Part shown: positions 1-13,248 of the stretch, piece after piece
How positions within the stretch are numbered: the stretch's first letter is position 1
Layout of the letters: each line of letters opens with the position of its first letter
NCBI GenBank assembly: GCA_964016885.1
Contig: CAXHJY010000536.1
Location: 1 to 32,673, forward strand
Direction of reading: 5' to 3'
Length of the DNA stretch: 32,673 bases
From: Eledone cirrhosa
Taxonomy: Eukaryota
Program-made: the position numbers and the translations under genes
Notes under the pieces: model-generated
Told to the model about the DNA's origin: nothing
The model's database searches: none
The model's input: only the letters and a program-made list of their open reading frames with translations

Positions 1-117
1 ATATATATATATATGTATAATAATATATATATATATATATAATATATATATACTATATATATGTATAATATATATATAATATATATATATGTATAATATA
101 TATATATATATATAATG

Positions 118-149
<32 letters not shown>

Positions 150-150
150 A

Positions 151-203
<53 letters not shown>

Positions 204-305
204 ATATATATATATATATGTATAATATATATATATATATATATGTATAATATATATATATATTATAATATATTATATATATATATAGTATATATAATAA
301 ATATA

Positions 306-337
<32 letters not shown>

Positions 338-457
338 CTATATATATGTATAATATATATATATAATATATATATATAGTAAATATATAATATATATATA
401 TATATGTAATAAATATATAATAATATATATAATATGTATTATATAATATATATTATA

Positions 458-492
<35 letters not shown>

Positions 493-717
493 ATTATAAT
501 ATATATATATATATATATATAAATATAATATATATATATATAATATATAATATATATATATATATAATATATACTATATATAATAAATATATAATATATA
601 TATATATAATATAATATAATATATATATATATATAATATATATAATAATATTATATATATATAATATATATATATATATATAATATAATATATATATATA
701 TATAATAATATATATAT

Positions 718-751
<34 letters not shown>

Positions 752-783
752 ATATATATATATATATATAATAATATAAATAT

Positions 784-814
<31 letters not shown>

Positions 815-924
815 ATATAATATATAAATATATATAATATATATATATATATAATATATATATATAATATATTATATATATATAATATATAATATATATA
901 TATATATAATTATATATATATATA
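1..924. repeat. Imperfect (TA)n microsatellite
   Basis: Almost pure TA with TAA/GTA interruptions; may include long-read consensus noise. Confidence 0.95.
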
Positions 925-1308
925 TCATCATCTCATCATCATCAACGTTTAACGTCCGTGTTCCACGCTTGCATGGGTTTGGACGGGGGGTAGTCCCACT
1001 TGAGGCAAGAGTGATTGTCTTGCTCGCATAGGACTGTCTGGCAGGTTTTCTACAGTTGGATGCCCTTCCTAACACCAACCACATTTACAGTGTGGGTCTG
1101 GGAGGTTTTTACCGTGTTGCCTACACGGCCCATTACAGCGTGGACTGTGTGTTTTTTTGTCGTGACACCTACACGATCTCATTTGTTTCGGCCTCGATGG
1201 CGCCGGCACCAACATAACTTTACATAGAACGGGGTGGGTGTGGATCGGGGTGGGGGGTGGTGGGGACGGGGTGTATTTGGTTAGAGATGCCTACTGGCTG
1301 GAGTAGGT
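925..1308 (-). mobile_element. RTE-clade LINE 3' UTR fragment with (TGA)n tail
   Basis: Near-identical to 4636-5007 and homologous to 26618-27000, which adjoin RTE reverse transcriptase coding sequence; (CAT)n on + is the tail. Confidence 0.85.
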
Positions 1309-1310
1309 AT

Positions 1311-1396
<86 letters not shown>

Positions 1397-1575
1397 ATAT
1401 ATATAATATATATATATAATATAATATATATATATATATATATATAATATATATAATATATATATATATAATATATATATATATATATAATATAATATAT
1501 ATATATATATATATAATATATATATATATAATATAATATATATATAATATATATATAATATATAATATATATATA

Positions 1576-1636
<61 letters not shown>

Positions 1637-1641
1637 CTATG

Positions 1642-1685
<44 letters not shown>

Positions 1686-1689
1686 TATG

Positions 1690-1747
<58 letters not shown>

Positions 1748-1790
1748 CTATGTATATTATATATATATATATATATATAGCTATGCTATG
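1309..1790. repeat. (TA)n microsatellite with first GCTATGTATATT units
   Basis: Direct reading. Confidence 0.9.
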
Positions 1791-2505
1791 TTATTATAAA
1801 ATGGGATATAATAGCGGCTGCCCCCCCCCCCCCCCCCCATATTCCCACGGACAGGAATTTTATAAATTATGTAATATGGAATTATTTTGTATTATGAAAT
1901 CCAAAAACATTTTATTAAATAACAGAATAGAGCGATCGTTATACTGTAACCATCGCTTAAAATCTACATTTTCATATTATAAATACTACCAGGATTGAAC
2001 GCCTGTTTCTATCTCCGCTTGATTGTCAAAATAGATATTAACATTCTCTATTAGTCTTAATTCTATCAACTCTTCTATTATTTACCATTTAATATAAACT
2101 GCTATAGATAAAATGAGATTTCTGATTTCTTAATTCAATTCCCTAATGCATATACCAGCTGGCTACTAGCTTCTTCCTCTATTACTAATATAAATACTTC
2201 AATTTTTCTGATTTTATCCAATTTATCCAAAATCTCTGAAGAAGTGACAACTGATTATACATTTGCTATCGAATACTTGCTAACATTATATGATTACGCA
2301 AGCAGCGATACATAGGTATTCCGTCTGTTACAGAAACATATGTCAATACCTAATAAATTCCCTTTTTAAAAAAACACTTTCATTTTATATTCATCTTTTC
2401 TACATTTTCTCCGGAATATAATTTATACTCGTTGAGCAAACCTACACGTACGCTGTTCATCTCTAACGTAACGATATATTATCACTACATTATTGATAAC
2501 CTGGA

Positions 2506-2539
<34 letters not shown>

Positions 2540-2548
2540 ACTATCTAT

Positions 2549-2583
<35 letters not shown>

Positions 2584-2592
2584 ACTATCTAT

Positions 2593-2639
<47 letters not shown>

Positions 2640-2672
2640 CTATGTATATTATATATATATATAAACCATATC

Positions 2673-2737
2673 TATTTTATTATACATATTTCAAGGATGC
2701 CATGTTAAATTATGGTATGCTTTCATCAGACAAAATA
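2673..2737 (-). ncRNA. Minimal type I hammerhead ribozyme motif (family A)
   Basis: Minus strand: tattttgt-CTGATGA-aagcatacca/taatttaaca/tggcatcctt-GAAA-tatgta-TA-ataaaata. Stem I 8 bp with one GU, stem II 8 of 10 paired. Homologue at 23958-24019. Confidence 0.65.
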
Positions 2738-3107
2738 CAATATATAGCTATGTATATTATATATATATATAGCTAATGATATTATATATATAGCTATGTA
2801 TATTATATATTTATATATATATACATATATAGCTATGTATATTATATATTTATATATATATATATATATATATATAGCTATGTATATTATATATTTATAT
2901 ATATATATATATATATATATAGCTATGTATATTATATATTTATATATATATATATATATATATATAGCTATGTATATTATATATTTATATATATATATAT
3001 ATATATATATAGCTATGTATATTATATATTTATATATATATATATATATATATATAGCTATGTATATTATATATTTATATATATATATATTATATATAAT
3101 AGCTATG

Positions 3108-3151
<44 letters not shown>

Positions 3152-3156
3152 CTATG

Positions 3157-3200
<44 letters not shown>

Positions 3201-3205
3201 CTATG

Positions 3206-3245
<40 letters not shown>

Positions 3246-3250
3246 CTATG

Positions 3251-3286
<36 letters not shown>

Positions 3287-3291
3287 CTATG

Positions 3292-3327
<36 letters not shown>

Positions 3328-3332
3328 CTATG

Positions 3333-3374
<42 letters not shown>

Positions 3375-3408
3375 CTATGTATATTATATATATATATATA
3401 TAGCTATG

Positions 3409-3446
<38 letters not shown>

Positions 3447-3451
3447 CTATG

Positions 3452-3489
<38 letters not shown>

Positions 3490-3494
3490 CTATG

Positions 3495-3534
<40 letters not shown>

Positions 3535-3539
3535 CTATG

Positions 3540-3577
<38 letters not shown>

Positions 3578-3611
3578 CTATGTATATTATATATATATAT
3601 ATATAGCTATG

Positions 3612-3657
<46 letters not shown>

Positions 3658-3667
3658 CTATGTATAT

Positions 3668-3704
<37 letters not shown>

Positions 3705-3710
3705 GCTATG

Positions 3711-3752
<42 letters not shown>

Positions 3753-3809
3753 CTATGTATATTATATATATATATATACTATATATATATATATATATAT
3801 ATAGCTATG

Positions 3810-3851
<42 letters not shown>

Positions 3852-3856
3852 CTATG

Positions 3857-3902
<46 letters not shown>

Positions 3903-3907
3903 CTATG

Positions 3908-3990
<83 letters not shown>

Positions 3991-4030
3991 CTATGTATAT
4001 TATATATATATATATATATATATAGCTATG

Positions 4031-4061
<31 letters not shown>

Positions 4062-4067
4062 GCTATG

Positions 4068-4098
<31 letters not shown>

Positions 4099-4142
4099 GC
4101 TATGTATATTATATATATATATATATATTATATATAGCTATG

Positions 4143-4173
<31 letters not shown>

Positions 4174-4247
4174 GCTATGTATATTATATATATATATATA
4201 TATATAGCTATGTATATTATATATATATATATATATATATAGCTATG

Positions 4248-4280
<33 letters not shown>

Positions 4281-4313
4281 GCTATGTATATTATATATAT
4301 ATATATAGCTATG

Positions 4314-4355
<42 letters not shown>

Positions 4356-4360
4356 CTATG

Positions 4361-4391
<31 letters not shown>

Positions 4392-4411
4392 GCTATGTAT
4401 ATTATATATAT

Positions 4412-4449
<38 letters not shown>

Positions 4450-4454
4450 CTATG

Positions 4455-4485
<31 letters not shown>

Positions 4486-4491
4486 GCTATG

Positions 4492-4533
<42 letters not shown>

Positions 4534-4538
4534 CTATG

Positions 4539-4580
<42 letters not shown>

Positions 4581-4585
4581 CTATG

Positions 4586-4616
<31 letters not shown>

Positions 4617-4635
4617 GCTATGTATATTATATATA

Positions 4636-5341
4636 TCATCATCATCATCATCATCAACGTTTAACGTCCGTGTTCCACGCTTGCATGGGTTTGGACGGGG
4701 GTAGTCCCACTTGAGGCAAGAGTGATTGTCTTGCTCGCATAGGACTGTCTGGCAGGTTTTCTACAGTTGGATGCCCTTCCTAACACCAACCACATTTACA
4801 GTGTGGGTCTGGGAGGTTTTTACCGTGTTGCCTACACGGCCACATTACAGCGTGGACTGTGTGTTTTTTTGTCGTGACACCTACACGATCTCATTTGTTT
4901 CGGCCTGGATGGCGCGGCACCAACATAACTTTACATAGAACGGGGTGGTGTGGATGGGGTGGGGGTGGTGGCGGGACGGGGTGTATTTTGTTAGAGATGC
5001 CTACTGGCAAGGCGGGTCTTCTCTGTTACTGAGTACCGCCAAAGGTCACGGTCCAGTGACATTGTCTTGGAGAGGTGTAAGTGTGTGAGGTCGGAGTTTA
5101 TCAGCTCATCCCATGTTTTTCTAGGTCTGCCTATTCCGTGGCTACCGTCTATCTTATTGCCCTGCACTTTGTAATACAGCTATCGACTTTCATGCGCATC
5201 ACGTGTCCATACCAACGCAGCCTTCTCTCGAGTAAACAACATCTGATCCCTCTTATCTCTAATTTTTTCCTTAGTTCGTTTATGCTTTGCCGTTCATGTA
5301 TATTACTGTTACACATCCAGCGGAGCATGCAAGCTTCGTTC
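4636..5341 (-). mobile_element. 5'-truncated RTE LINE (ORF C-terminus, 3' UTR, (TGA)n tail)
   Basis: ORF 5149-5343 has MLRWMC...RRLRWYGHVMRM, typical of the RTE C-terminus; degraded downstream. Confidence 0.92.
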
Positions 5342-5374
5342 ATATATATATATATATATATATATATAGCTATG

Positions 5375-5405
<31 letters not shown>

Positions 5406-5549
5406 GCTATGTATATTATATATATATATATATATATAGCTACGTATATTATATATATATATATATATATATAGCTACGTATATTATATATATATATATA
5501 TATATATAGCTACGTATATTATATATATATATATATATATATAGCTACG

Positions 5550-5580
<31 letters not shown>

Positions 5581-5788
5581 GCTACGTATATTATATATAT
5601 ATATATATATATAGCTACGTATATTATATATATATATATATATATATAGCTACGTATATTATATATATATATATATATATATAGCTACGTATATTATATA
5701 TATATATATATATATATAGCTACGTATATTATATATATATATATATAGCTATGTATATTATATATATATATATATATATATAGCTATG

Positions 5789-5826
<38 letters not shown>

Positions 5827-5831
5827 CTATG

Positions 5832-5867
<36 letters not shown>

Positions 5868-5872
5868 CTATG

Positions 5873-5910
<38 letters not shown>

Positions 5911-5915
5911 CTATG

Positions 5916-5953
<38 letters not shown>

Positions 5954-5954
5954 C

Positions 5955-5993
<39 letters not shown>

Positions 5994-5998
5994 CTATG

Positions 5999-6034
<36 letters not shown>

Positions 6035-6039
6035 CTATG

Positions 6040-6075
<36 letters not shown>

Positions 6076-6125
6076 CTATGTATATTATATATATGTATAT
6101 ATATATATATATATATATAGCTATG

Positions 6126-6156
<31 letters not shown>

Positions 6157-6162
6157 GCTATG

Positions 6163-6214
<52 letters not shown>

Positions 6215-7149
6215 CTATGTATATTATATATATATATAGCTATGTATATTATATATATATATAGCTATGTATATTATATATATATATAGCTATGTATATA
6301 TATATATATAGCTATGTATATATATATATAGCTATGTATATATATATATATAGCTATATATATATATATATATAGCTATGTATATATATATATAGCTATG
6401 TATATATATATATAGCTATGTATATTATATATATATAGCTATGTATATTATATATATATAGCTATGTATATTATATATATATAGCTATGTATATTATATA
6501 TATATAGCTATGTATATTATATATATATAGCTATGTATATTATATATATATAGCTATGTATATTATATATATATAGCTATGTATATTATATATATATAGC
6601 TATGTATATTATATATATATAGCTATGTATATTATATATATATAGCTATGTATATTATATATATATAGCTATGTATATTATATATATATAGCTATGTATA
6701 TTATATATATATAGCTATGTATATTATATATATATAGCTATGTATATTATATATATATAGCTATGTATATTATATATATATAGCTATGTATATTATATAT
6801 ATATAGCTATGTATATTATATATATATAGCTATGTATATTATATATATATAGCTATGTATATTATATATATATAGCTATGTATATTATATATATATAGCT
6901 ATGTATATTATATATATATAGCTATGTATATTATATATATATAGCTATGTATATTATATATATATAGCTATGTATATTATATATATATAGCTATGTATAT
7001 TATATATATATAGCTATGTATATTATATATATATAGCTATGTATATTATATATATATAGCTATGTATATTATATATATATAGCTATGTATATATATATAT
7101 ATAGCTATGTATATATATATATATCTATGTATATATATATATATCTATG

Positions 7150-7360
<211 letters not shown>

Positions 7361-7365
7361 CTATG

Positions 7366-7416
<51 letters not shown>

Positions 7417-7422
7417 GCTATG

Positions 7423-7474
<52 letters not shown>

Positions 7475-7509
7475 CTATGTATATTATATATATATATAGC
7501 TATGTATAT

Positions 7510-7554
<45 letters not shown>

Positions 7555-7599
7555 ATATATATATATATATATATAATATATATATATATATTATATATA

Positions 7600-7642
<43 letters not shown>

Positions 7643-7648
7643 CTATGG

Positions 7649-7692
<44 letters not shown>

Positions 7693-7878
7693 ATAGCTAT
7701 GTATATTATATATATATATGTATATATATATATAGCTATGTATATTATTTATATATATGTATATATATATATATATTATATATATATATATATATTTTAT
7801 ATATATATATATTATATATATATATATATTATATATATATATATTATATATATATTATATATATATATATTATATATA

Positions 7879-7919
<41 letters not shown>

Positions 7920-7925
7920 CTATGG

Positions 7926-8013
<88 letters not shown>

Positions 8014-8068
8014 CTATGGATATTATATATATATATATATATATATAGCTATGGATATTATATATATA

Positions 8069-8136
<68 letters not shown>

Positions 8137-8148
8137 ATATAGCTATGG

Positions 8149-8190
<42 letters not shown>

Positions 8191-8202
8191 ATATAGCTAT
8201 GG

Positions 8203-8244
<42 letters not shown>

Positions 8245-8256
8245 ATATAGCTATGG

Positions 8257-8298
<42 letters not shown>

Positions 8299-8310
8299 AT
8301 ATAGCTATGG

Positions 8311-8375
<65 letters not shown>

Positions 8376-8380
8376 CTATG

Positions 8381-8416
<36 letters not shown>

Positions 8417-8421
8417 CTATG

Positions 8422-8464
<43 letters not shown>

Positions 8465-8517
8465 GTTTCTGAATTTGTTTAGCAAGATTCTTTATCTGAA
8501 ATCGTGTGTTGAAACCG

Positions 8518-9014
8518 ATATTGTTATACTTTGGGAGGGTCATGTTGCCAATAAGAAACACACGCACCAGTTGCTTTCACTTCAATTTATTATAATAAAT
8601 TTATAAATTTCTGGTTGGTTGGTTCCTGAACCAGATAGTTGTTTATATATTGTCAAAGTTCCTTCGTCACACATTCTGTGACCTCTTCAGTGACTGGAGA
8701 TTCTTTTCTTTGTTTTTGTGCCTCTCCTTTGTTCTGTCCTACGCCATTTTCTTTCAGAAACAAAATGGCGTAGGACAGAACAAAGGAGAGGCACAAAAAC
8801 AAAGAAAAGAATCCCCAGTCACTGAAGAGGTCACAGAATGTGTGACGAAAGAACTTTGACAATATATAAACAACTATCTGGTTGTGGAACCAACCAACCA
8901 ACCAGAAATTTATAAATTCCTAAATTTATAAATTTATTATAATAAATTGAAGTGAAAGCAACTGGTGCGTGTGTTTCTTATTGGCAACATGACCCTCCCA
9001 AAGTATAACAATAT
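8518..9014. repeat. Fold-back element: ~240-bp near-perfect inverted arms centred at ~8756, each with an HHR-like motif
   Basis: atattgttatacttt...gttctgtcctacgccatttt | aaaatggcgtaggacagaac...aagtataacaatat. Confidence 0.93.
8818..8860 (+). ncRNA. Minimal type I hammerhead-like motif (family B); mirrored copy at 8652-8694 (-) has GAAG instead of GAAA
   Basis: gtca-CTGAAGA-g-gtcaca/gaatg/tgtgac-GAAA-gaac-TT-tgac. Stem I only 4 bp; one extra G before stem II. Confidence 0.6.
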
Positions 9015-9103
9015 ATATATTTGTATATATATATATATAGCTATGTATATTATATATATATGTATATATATATATATAGCTATGTATATTATATATATAT
9101 ATA

Positions 9104-9243
9104 GGCATCCAACTGTAGAAAACCTGCCAGACAGTCCTATGCGAGCAAGACAATCACTCTTGCCTCAAGTGGGAAAACCCCCGTCCAAACCCATGCAAGC
9201 GTGGAACACGGACGTTAAACGTTGATGATGATGATGATGATGA
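9104..9243 (+). mobile_element. RTE 3' terminal fragment with (TGA)n tail
   Basis: Reverse complement of 4636-4775. Confidence 0.85.
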
Positions 9244-9293
9244 TATATAGCTATGTATATTATATATGTATATATGTATATAACTATGTATAT

Positions 9294-9327
<34 letters not shown>

Positions 9328-9591
9328 TATATACATATATATAGCTATGTATATTATATATATATATATAACTATATGTAGATAAATCTACCAAGAGTTT
9401 ACGGTAGTGTCCAATCCGTATGAAGAACTCAATGTAATCCGGATATCATGGAAAGAAGAGATGCAATGAAAAATCACTTTCGGTGAAAGATAAACGGAAT
9501 ACAGAGTCAAGATAAAATATTAAAAAAAATAATGAATAAAACAATGTATATTTTATATATATATATAGCTATGTATATTATATATATATAT

Positions 9592-10318
9592 AAATTCCAA
9601 ACATGGAAGCATGGTCTAGAATCAAAAGGCCTTAAAGTTAACTTGCCTAAGACTAAAGACAAAACTCCTAGTTTGTAGAAAGGAAAATAAGGCACAGGTA
9701 CACTCAGGGAAATGGCCTTGCTCAGTCTGTAGGAAAGGAGTAGGCAGAAATATAATTTTATGTCCCAAATGCAAAGTATGGGTACATAAAAGATGTAGTG
9801 GGATCACAGGTAAATCATCTAAGAACGTAGACTTTATATGTGGCCAATGCTCAGGTGCAATTGGTAGCAAGTGTCCACAGGATACTAGCCCCTTCTATTA
9901 CCCAGATGGTTCTATAGAAATAGTAGACACTTTCCGTTACCTGGGTGACGAAATCAGCAGTGGCGGGGGGTGTTCTGAAAGTACAGTAGCCAGAGTCAGA
10001 ACGGGATGGAAAAAGTTCAGAGAGCTTATACCACTATTGGCCACAAAAGGTTTCTCTCTAAAAATGAAAGGCAGATTATATGATGCCTGTATACGAACAG
10101 CAATGCTACATTGCCATGTAAACATGGGCATTGCATGCAGAGGATCTGCGTAGACTGGAAAGGAACGAAGCATGCATGCTCCGTTGGATGTGTAATAGTA
10201 ATATACGTGAACGGCAAAGCATAAATGAACTAAGTGAGAAATTAGAAATAAGAGGGATCAGATGCTGTTTATTTGAGAGAAGACTATGTTGGTATGGCCA
10301 CGTGATGCGCATGAAAGT
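9592..10318 (+). mobile_element. RTE LINE internal fragment (end of RT, PHD-type finger, C-terminal region), degraded
   Basis: GLKVNLPKTK, KWPCSVCRKGVGRN...CGQC, FRYLGD, MLRWMC, WYGHVMRM; homologous to 27190-27910. Confidence 0.92.
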
Positions 10319-10425
10319 GGTGCGAGTTTGTGAGACACGCTAATTTATGATACCATGTGCGTTATTATATATATGCACACTATTCAGTTGTCTGATATTC
10401 TTAGAAGTGAGGAGCTTACTAATTT

Positions 10426-10505
10426 TCACCCACTGATGAGCAAGAATTGGTAATTCTCTTCACAATTAATTTGCGAAACAGCATAGCCAAATGCTGTATG
10501 GGTGA
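10426..10505 (+). ncRNA. Canonical type I hammerhead ribozyme (family C)
   Basis: Stem I tcaccca(10426-32)/tgggtga(10499-505); CTGATGA 10433-39; stem II gcaa/ttgc; GAAA 10475-78; stem III cagcat-agccaa-atgctg; GUA triplet with cleavage predicted after 10498. Confidence 0.9.
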
Positions 10506-10635
10506 TCGGTAGTTAACACAATTCCAGTTTCTATTTATTTTCTTGATTTATTCTTAAATTGAATCTGGCAAACCCTATTGTCCATAGTTAGTATTTTTTT
10601 CATCTTAGCGAACCTGGTCCCTTACAATTTGAACA

Positions 10636-10692
10636 CATCATCATCATCATTGTTTAACATCCATCTTCGACGCTAGCATGGGTAAGACGGGT
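10636..10692 (-). mobile_element. Very short RTE/SINE 3' tail
   Basis: catcatcat...tttaacatccatcttcgacgctagcatgggt matches 26618-26672. Confidence 0.7.
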
Positions 10693-10824
10693 ATATATGT
10701 ATATATATATACATTATATATATAGCTATGTATATAATGTATATATATATATATATATATATAGCTATGTATATATAGCTATGAGGAGCAAGAGAATTGG
10801 AGTCTGAACAGGGATGGCGGAAGG

Positions 10825-11265
10825 TAATGTGTGTGTGTGTGTGTGTGTAGATGTAAGTGTGTATGTGTATGTGTGGATGTAAGTGTGAGAGTCTGGGAGG
10901 AAGTGAGTATATATGATTGTGGGTTTTAAAAAACCATTGTGTGTGTTGGAGTGGAGTGTATGTCTGTGCGTGTATAGTTTCTGTATTGGTGTTTGTGTGT
11001 GTGTGTGTGTGTGTGTGTGGATGGAAAGGGTCGGATGGGGTGAGATGAGATTGCGTCAAATCTGGAGGCGGTGTGTGGCTGTATGTTTAGATGTGTACGC
11101 GTGTGTGTGTGTGTGTGTTTGTATGGTTAAGAGAGGGGGATGCATGATATGTCTGTAGGTGATGTGGGTTCATGTGAAATGTGTAGTTGCATGCATGCGA
11201 GACTGGTGCAAGTGTCTGTGTGTGTCCAAGTTTCTGAATGGATGTTGGTGTATGTGTATGTGGAT
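10825..11265. repeat. GT-rich low-complexity / degenerate (GT)n region
   Basis: Direct reading. Confidence 0.7.
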
Positions 11266-12077
11266 GGTAAATATCCGGATGTAAAATTGTGTGGATATCC
11301 ATGTTGTAAATTTATTCTTCCAGAGGGAAATATTCTCTTAAAAATATCTTTAATATCTTTTAATTTTTAAATATCTTTTAATTTTTAATGCAAATTATAT
11401 ATTTAATATATTTTTAAAATAAAGACTACTTTCATTTGTTGTTGTTGACTAGTCCCAGGTGAAGTCTCTGCCAAATAAATCAACATCCTCACACAGATCT
11501 ATGGTTCCAGATATAGCATGCCTTCACTTATAAGAGACCCATTGATAAATTGTGCAGTGAAACATGTACTCTTTGTATTGTCTACTCTAATTCTGTGTTT
11601 CTGGAGATTATGGTGGTGGTCACAGCAGAGGTACGCAATATAAATTCAGTCAGAGCAGGATAAATGTGTCTGTAGTTGATTTTTAAAAATGTAATGGCAG
11701 GGACTGAGAGGCTTGGAGTCTACTGTGACAATAAATTATGCTTTTCCAATGTCTGGGTGAGCTTTAATTTTTAGCATTTTTATTTTACAATGTAGCTGAT
11801 CTATTTATTCATCACATATAAAATTGAGATGCTGTACATGGAAAAACTATAATGAAAATGAAGTTTGCATATGAATTTTGAAAATTCGAATGAAGAAGCA
11901 GAAAAGGGATGCAAATAAAATAAACTCTACTGCCATCCCTCTCCCCCACTAAAAAAAAACATGACTATGGGAATTAATTTATAACAGATTTTTACAGATT
12001 TTACATTTAAAATAATCAATAATTTTGCAAGTGCTCAAATCCTTAATCATGAGTGTATATCTAATAAATATCAATGT

Positions 12078-12229
12078 TTAATCCTTTAGCATTTACATTA
12101 CTCTATATGATATATATTTTGAGACCAATACCTTAAAGTTAGTATGAACAGCCAATTATGGCCAGTTTAAACAGAAAGAGGTGAGAGAATTCTGGCTAGA
12201 TATGGCCAGTTTAAATGCTAAAGGGTTAA
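12078..12229. mobile_element. piggyBac-like MITE with TTAA target duplication
   Basis: TTAA-tcctttagcattta ... taaatgctaaaggg-TTAA terminal inverted repeats, ~145 bp, non-coding. Confidence 0.7.
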
Positions 12230-12252
12230 ACATATGAAGTAAGAATACTTAC

Positions 12253-12324
12253 ACCATCCGGAGATACAACATAGGATTGTATGTCCATTGTACCAGTTTT
12301 ACCATCAATCATTTTGCGTCGCAA
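12253..12324 (-). CDS. CACNA2D: Exon of voltage-gated Ca2+ channel alpha-2/delta subunit-like gene (LRRKMIDGKTGTMDIQSYVVSPDG)
   Basis: Polypyrimidine acceptor (T)nccAG and donor GTaagt; 72 nt, phase 0; resembles [24 protein letters not shown] of human CACNA2D1 as recalled from memory. Confidence 0.85.
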
Positions 12325-12458
12325 CTGGAAAAAAAAAGAGGAATTCTTTAGTCAAGACTATCTGAAAAAATGAACACCAGCAGTCATGATGTCAACAGGA
12401 ACAGTTAGAATTATGATGGTGACATGCTCCAAGAAACAGTTTGAATTGATTAAATATA

Positions 12459-12568
12459 TGTGTTTCTACTTTAGGCACAAGGCCAGCAATAACCCAGTTC
12501 ATTACTGGTACTTTATTTTATCGACCCCGTAAGGATGAAAGGCAAAGTCAACCTCGGCGGGATTTGAA
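12459..12568 (-). mobile_element. 5'-truncated tRNA-derived SINE with target-site duplication
   Basis: Reverse complement of SINE 24765-24865; tttgaattgattaaatata repeated at 12440-12458 and 12563-12581. Confidence 0.85.
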
Positions 12569-13140
12569 TTGATTAAATATAGTGTGAATATTATCTCCAA
12601 ATAATTAAATAGACAAATGTAACTATAAATATAGAAGGACAAGGCATAGGGAAGAAGGCACAACATCAGCAAGCTCTAAGGTACAAAGACCATCGCAGTA
12701 GCAGTAAAAAAAAGAGGCAGAAAAAGAACACAACATATCTGTGTGCCAGAGAATGGAATATGTCTTAAGTATCTTTATGCCAATGAATCTAGTCGTCTTT
12801 TTCTGGATGTTTTGGAACTCCCATTCATATTGGAGCTATCATTCACTAGCTTCAATATAGTAGATATAATTCAAGAAACTAGTAATACATGTCACAATTG
12901 TCATTGGGGCCAAAACACACACACACACACACACACTTACACCAGAAGAGCCGAACTCCCACTGTCATCGCCTCCATCTCTCTCGCCCTCCCCATCTCTC
13001 AATATTATGAGCAAATGGGGACCCACCCACTGGCCCCCAACAGCCCTGGCAGACAGAATGGAGAAGACATTTCCCTGTCATGATAAAATAATCACCTTCC
13101 GTTCAGGGTCATTGGATTAACCCATGCAAGCAGCTAACAT

Positions 13141-13201
13141 AGAAGAAGAAGAAGAAGAAGAAGAAGAAGAAGAAGAAGAAGAAGAAGAAGAAGAAGAAGA
13201 A
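13141..13201 (+). repeat. (GAA)n microsatellite, possibly a retroposon tail
   Basis: About 20 GAA units preceded by acccatgcaagc, a motif also near the RTE 3' end. Confidence 0.9.
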
Positions 13202-13248
13202 GGAGTGAGAACAATTTATGAAAGGTAAAAAGGCAATTTTATATTTAC

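Noticed and set aside
1231-1271. G-quadruplex-like tract
   Set aside because: It is part of the RTE 3' UTR, less G-rich in other copies, and this copy may have homopolymer errors.
2236-2290. CTGAAGA hammerhead core box
   Set aside because: No stem II followed by GAAA and no closing stems.
6415-7081. CRISPR-like regular repeat
   Set aside because: No unique spacers, no cas genes, eukaryotic context.
11528-11600. Possible next CACNA2D exon (KHRIRVDNTKSTCFTAQFINGSLI)
   Set aside because: Weak acceptor, no convincing donor and poor similarity to the expected peptide.
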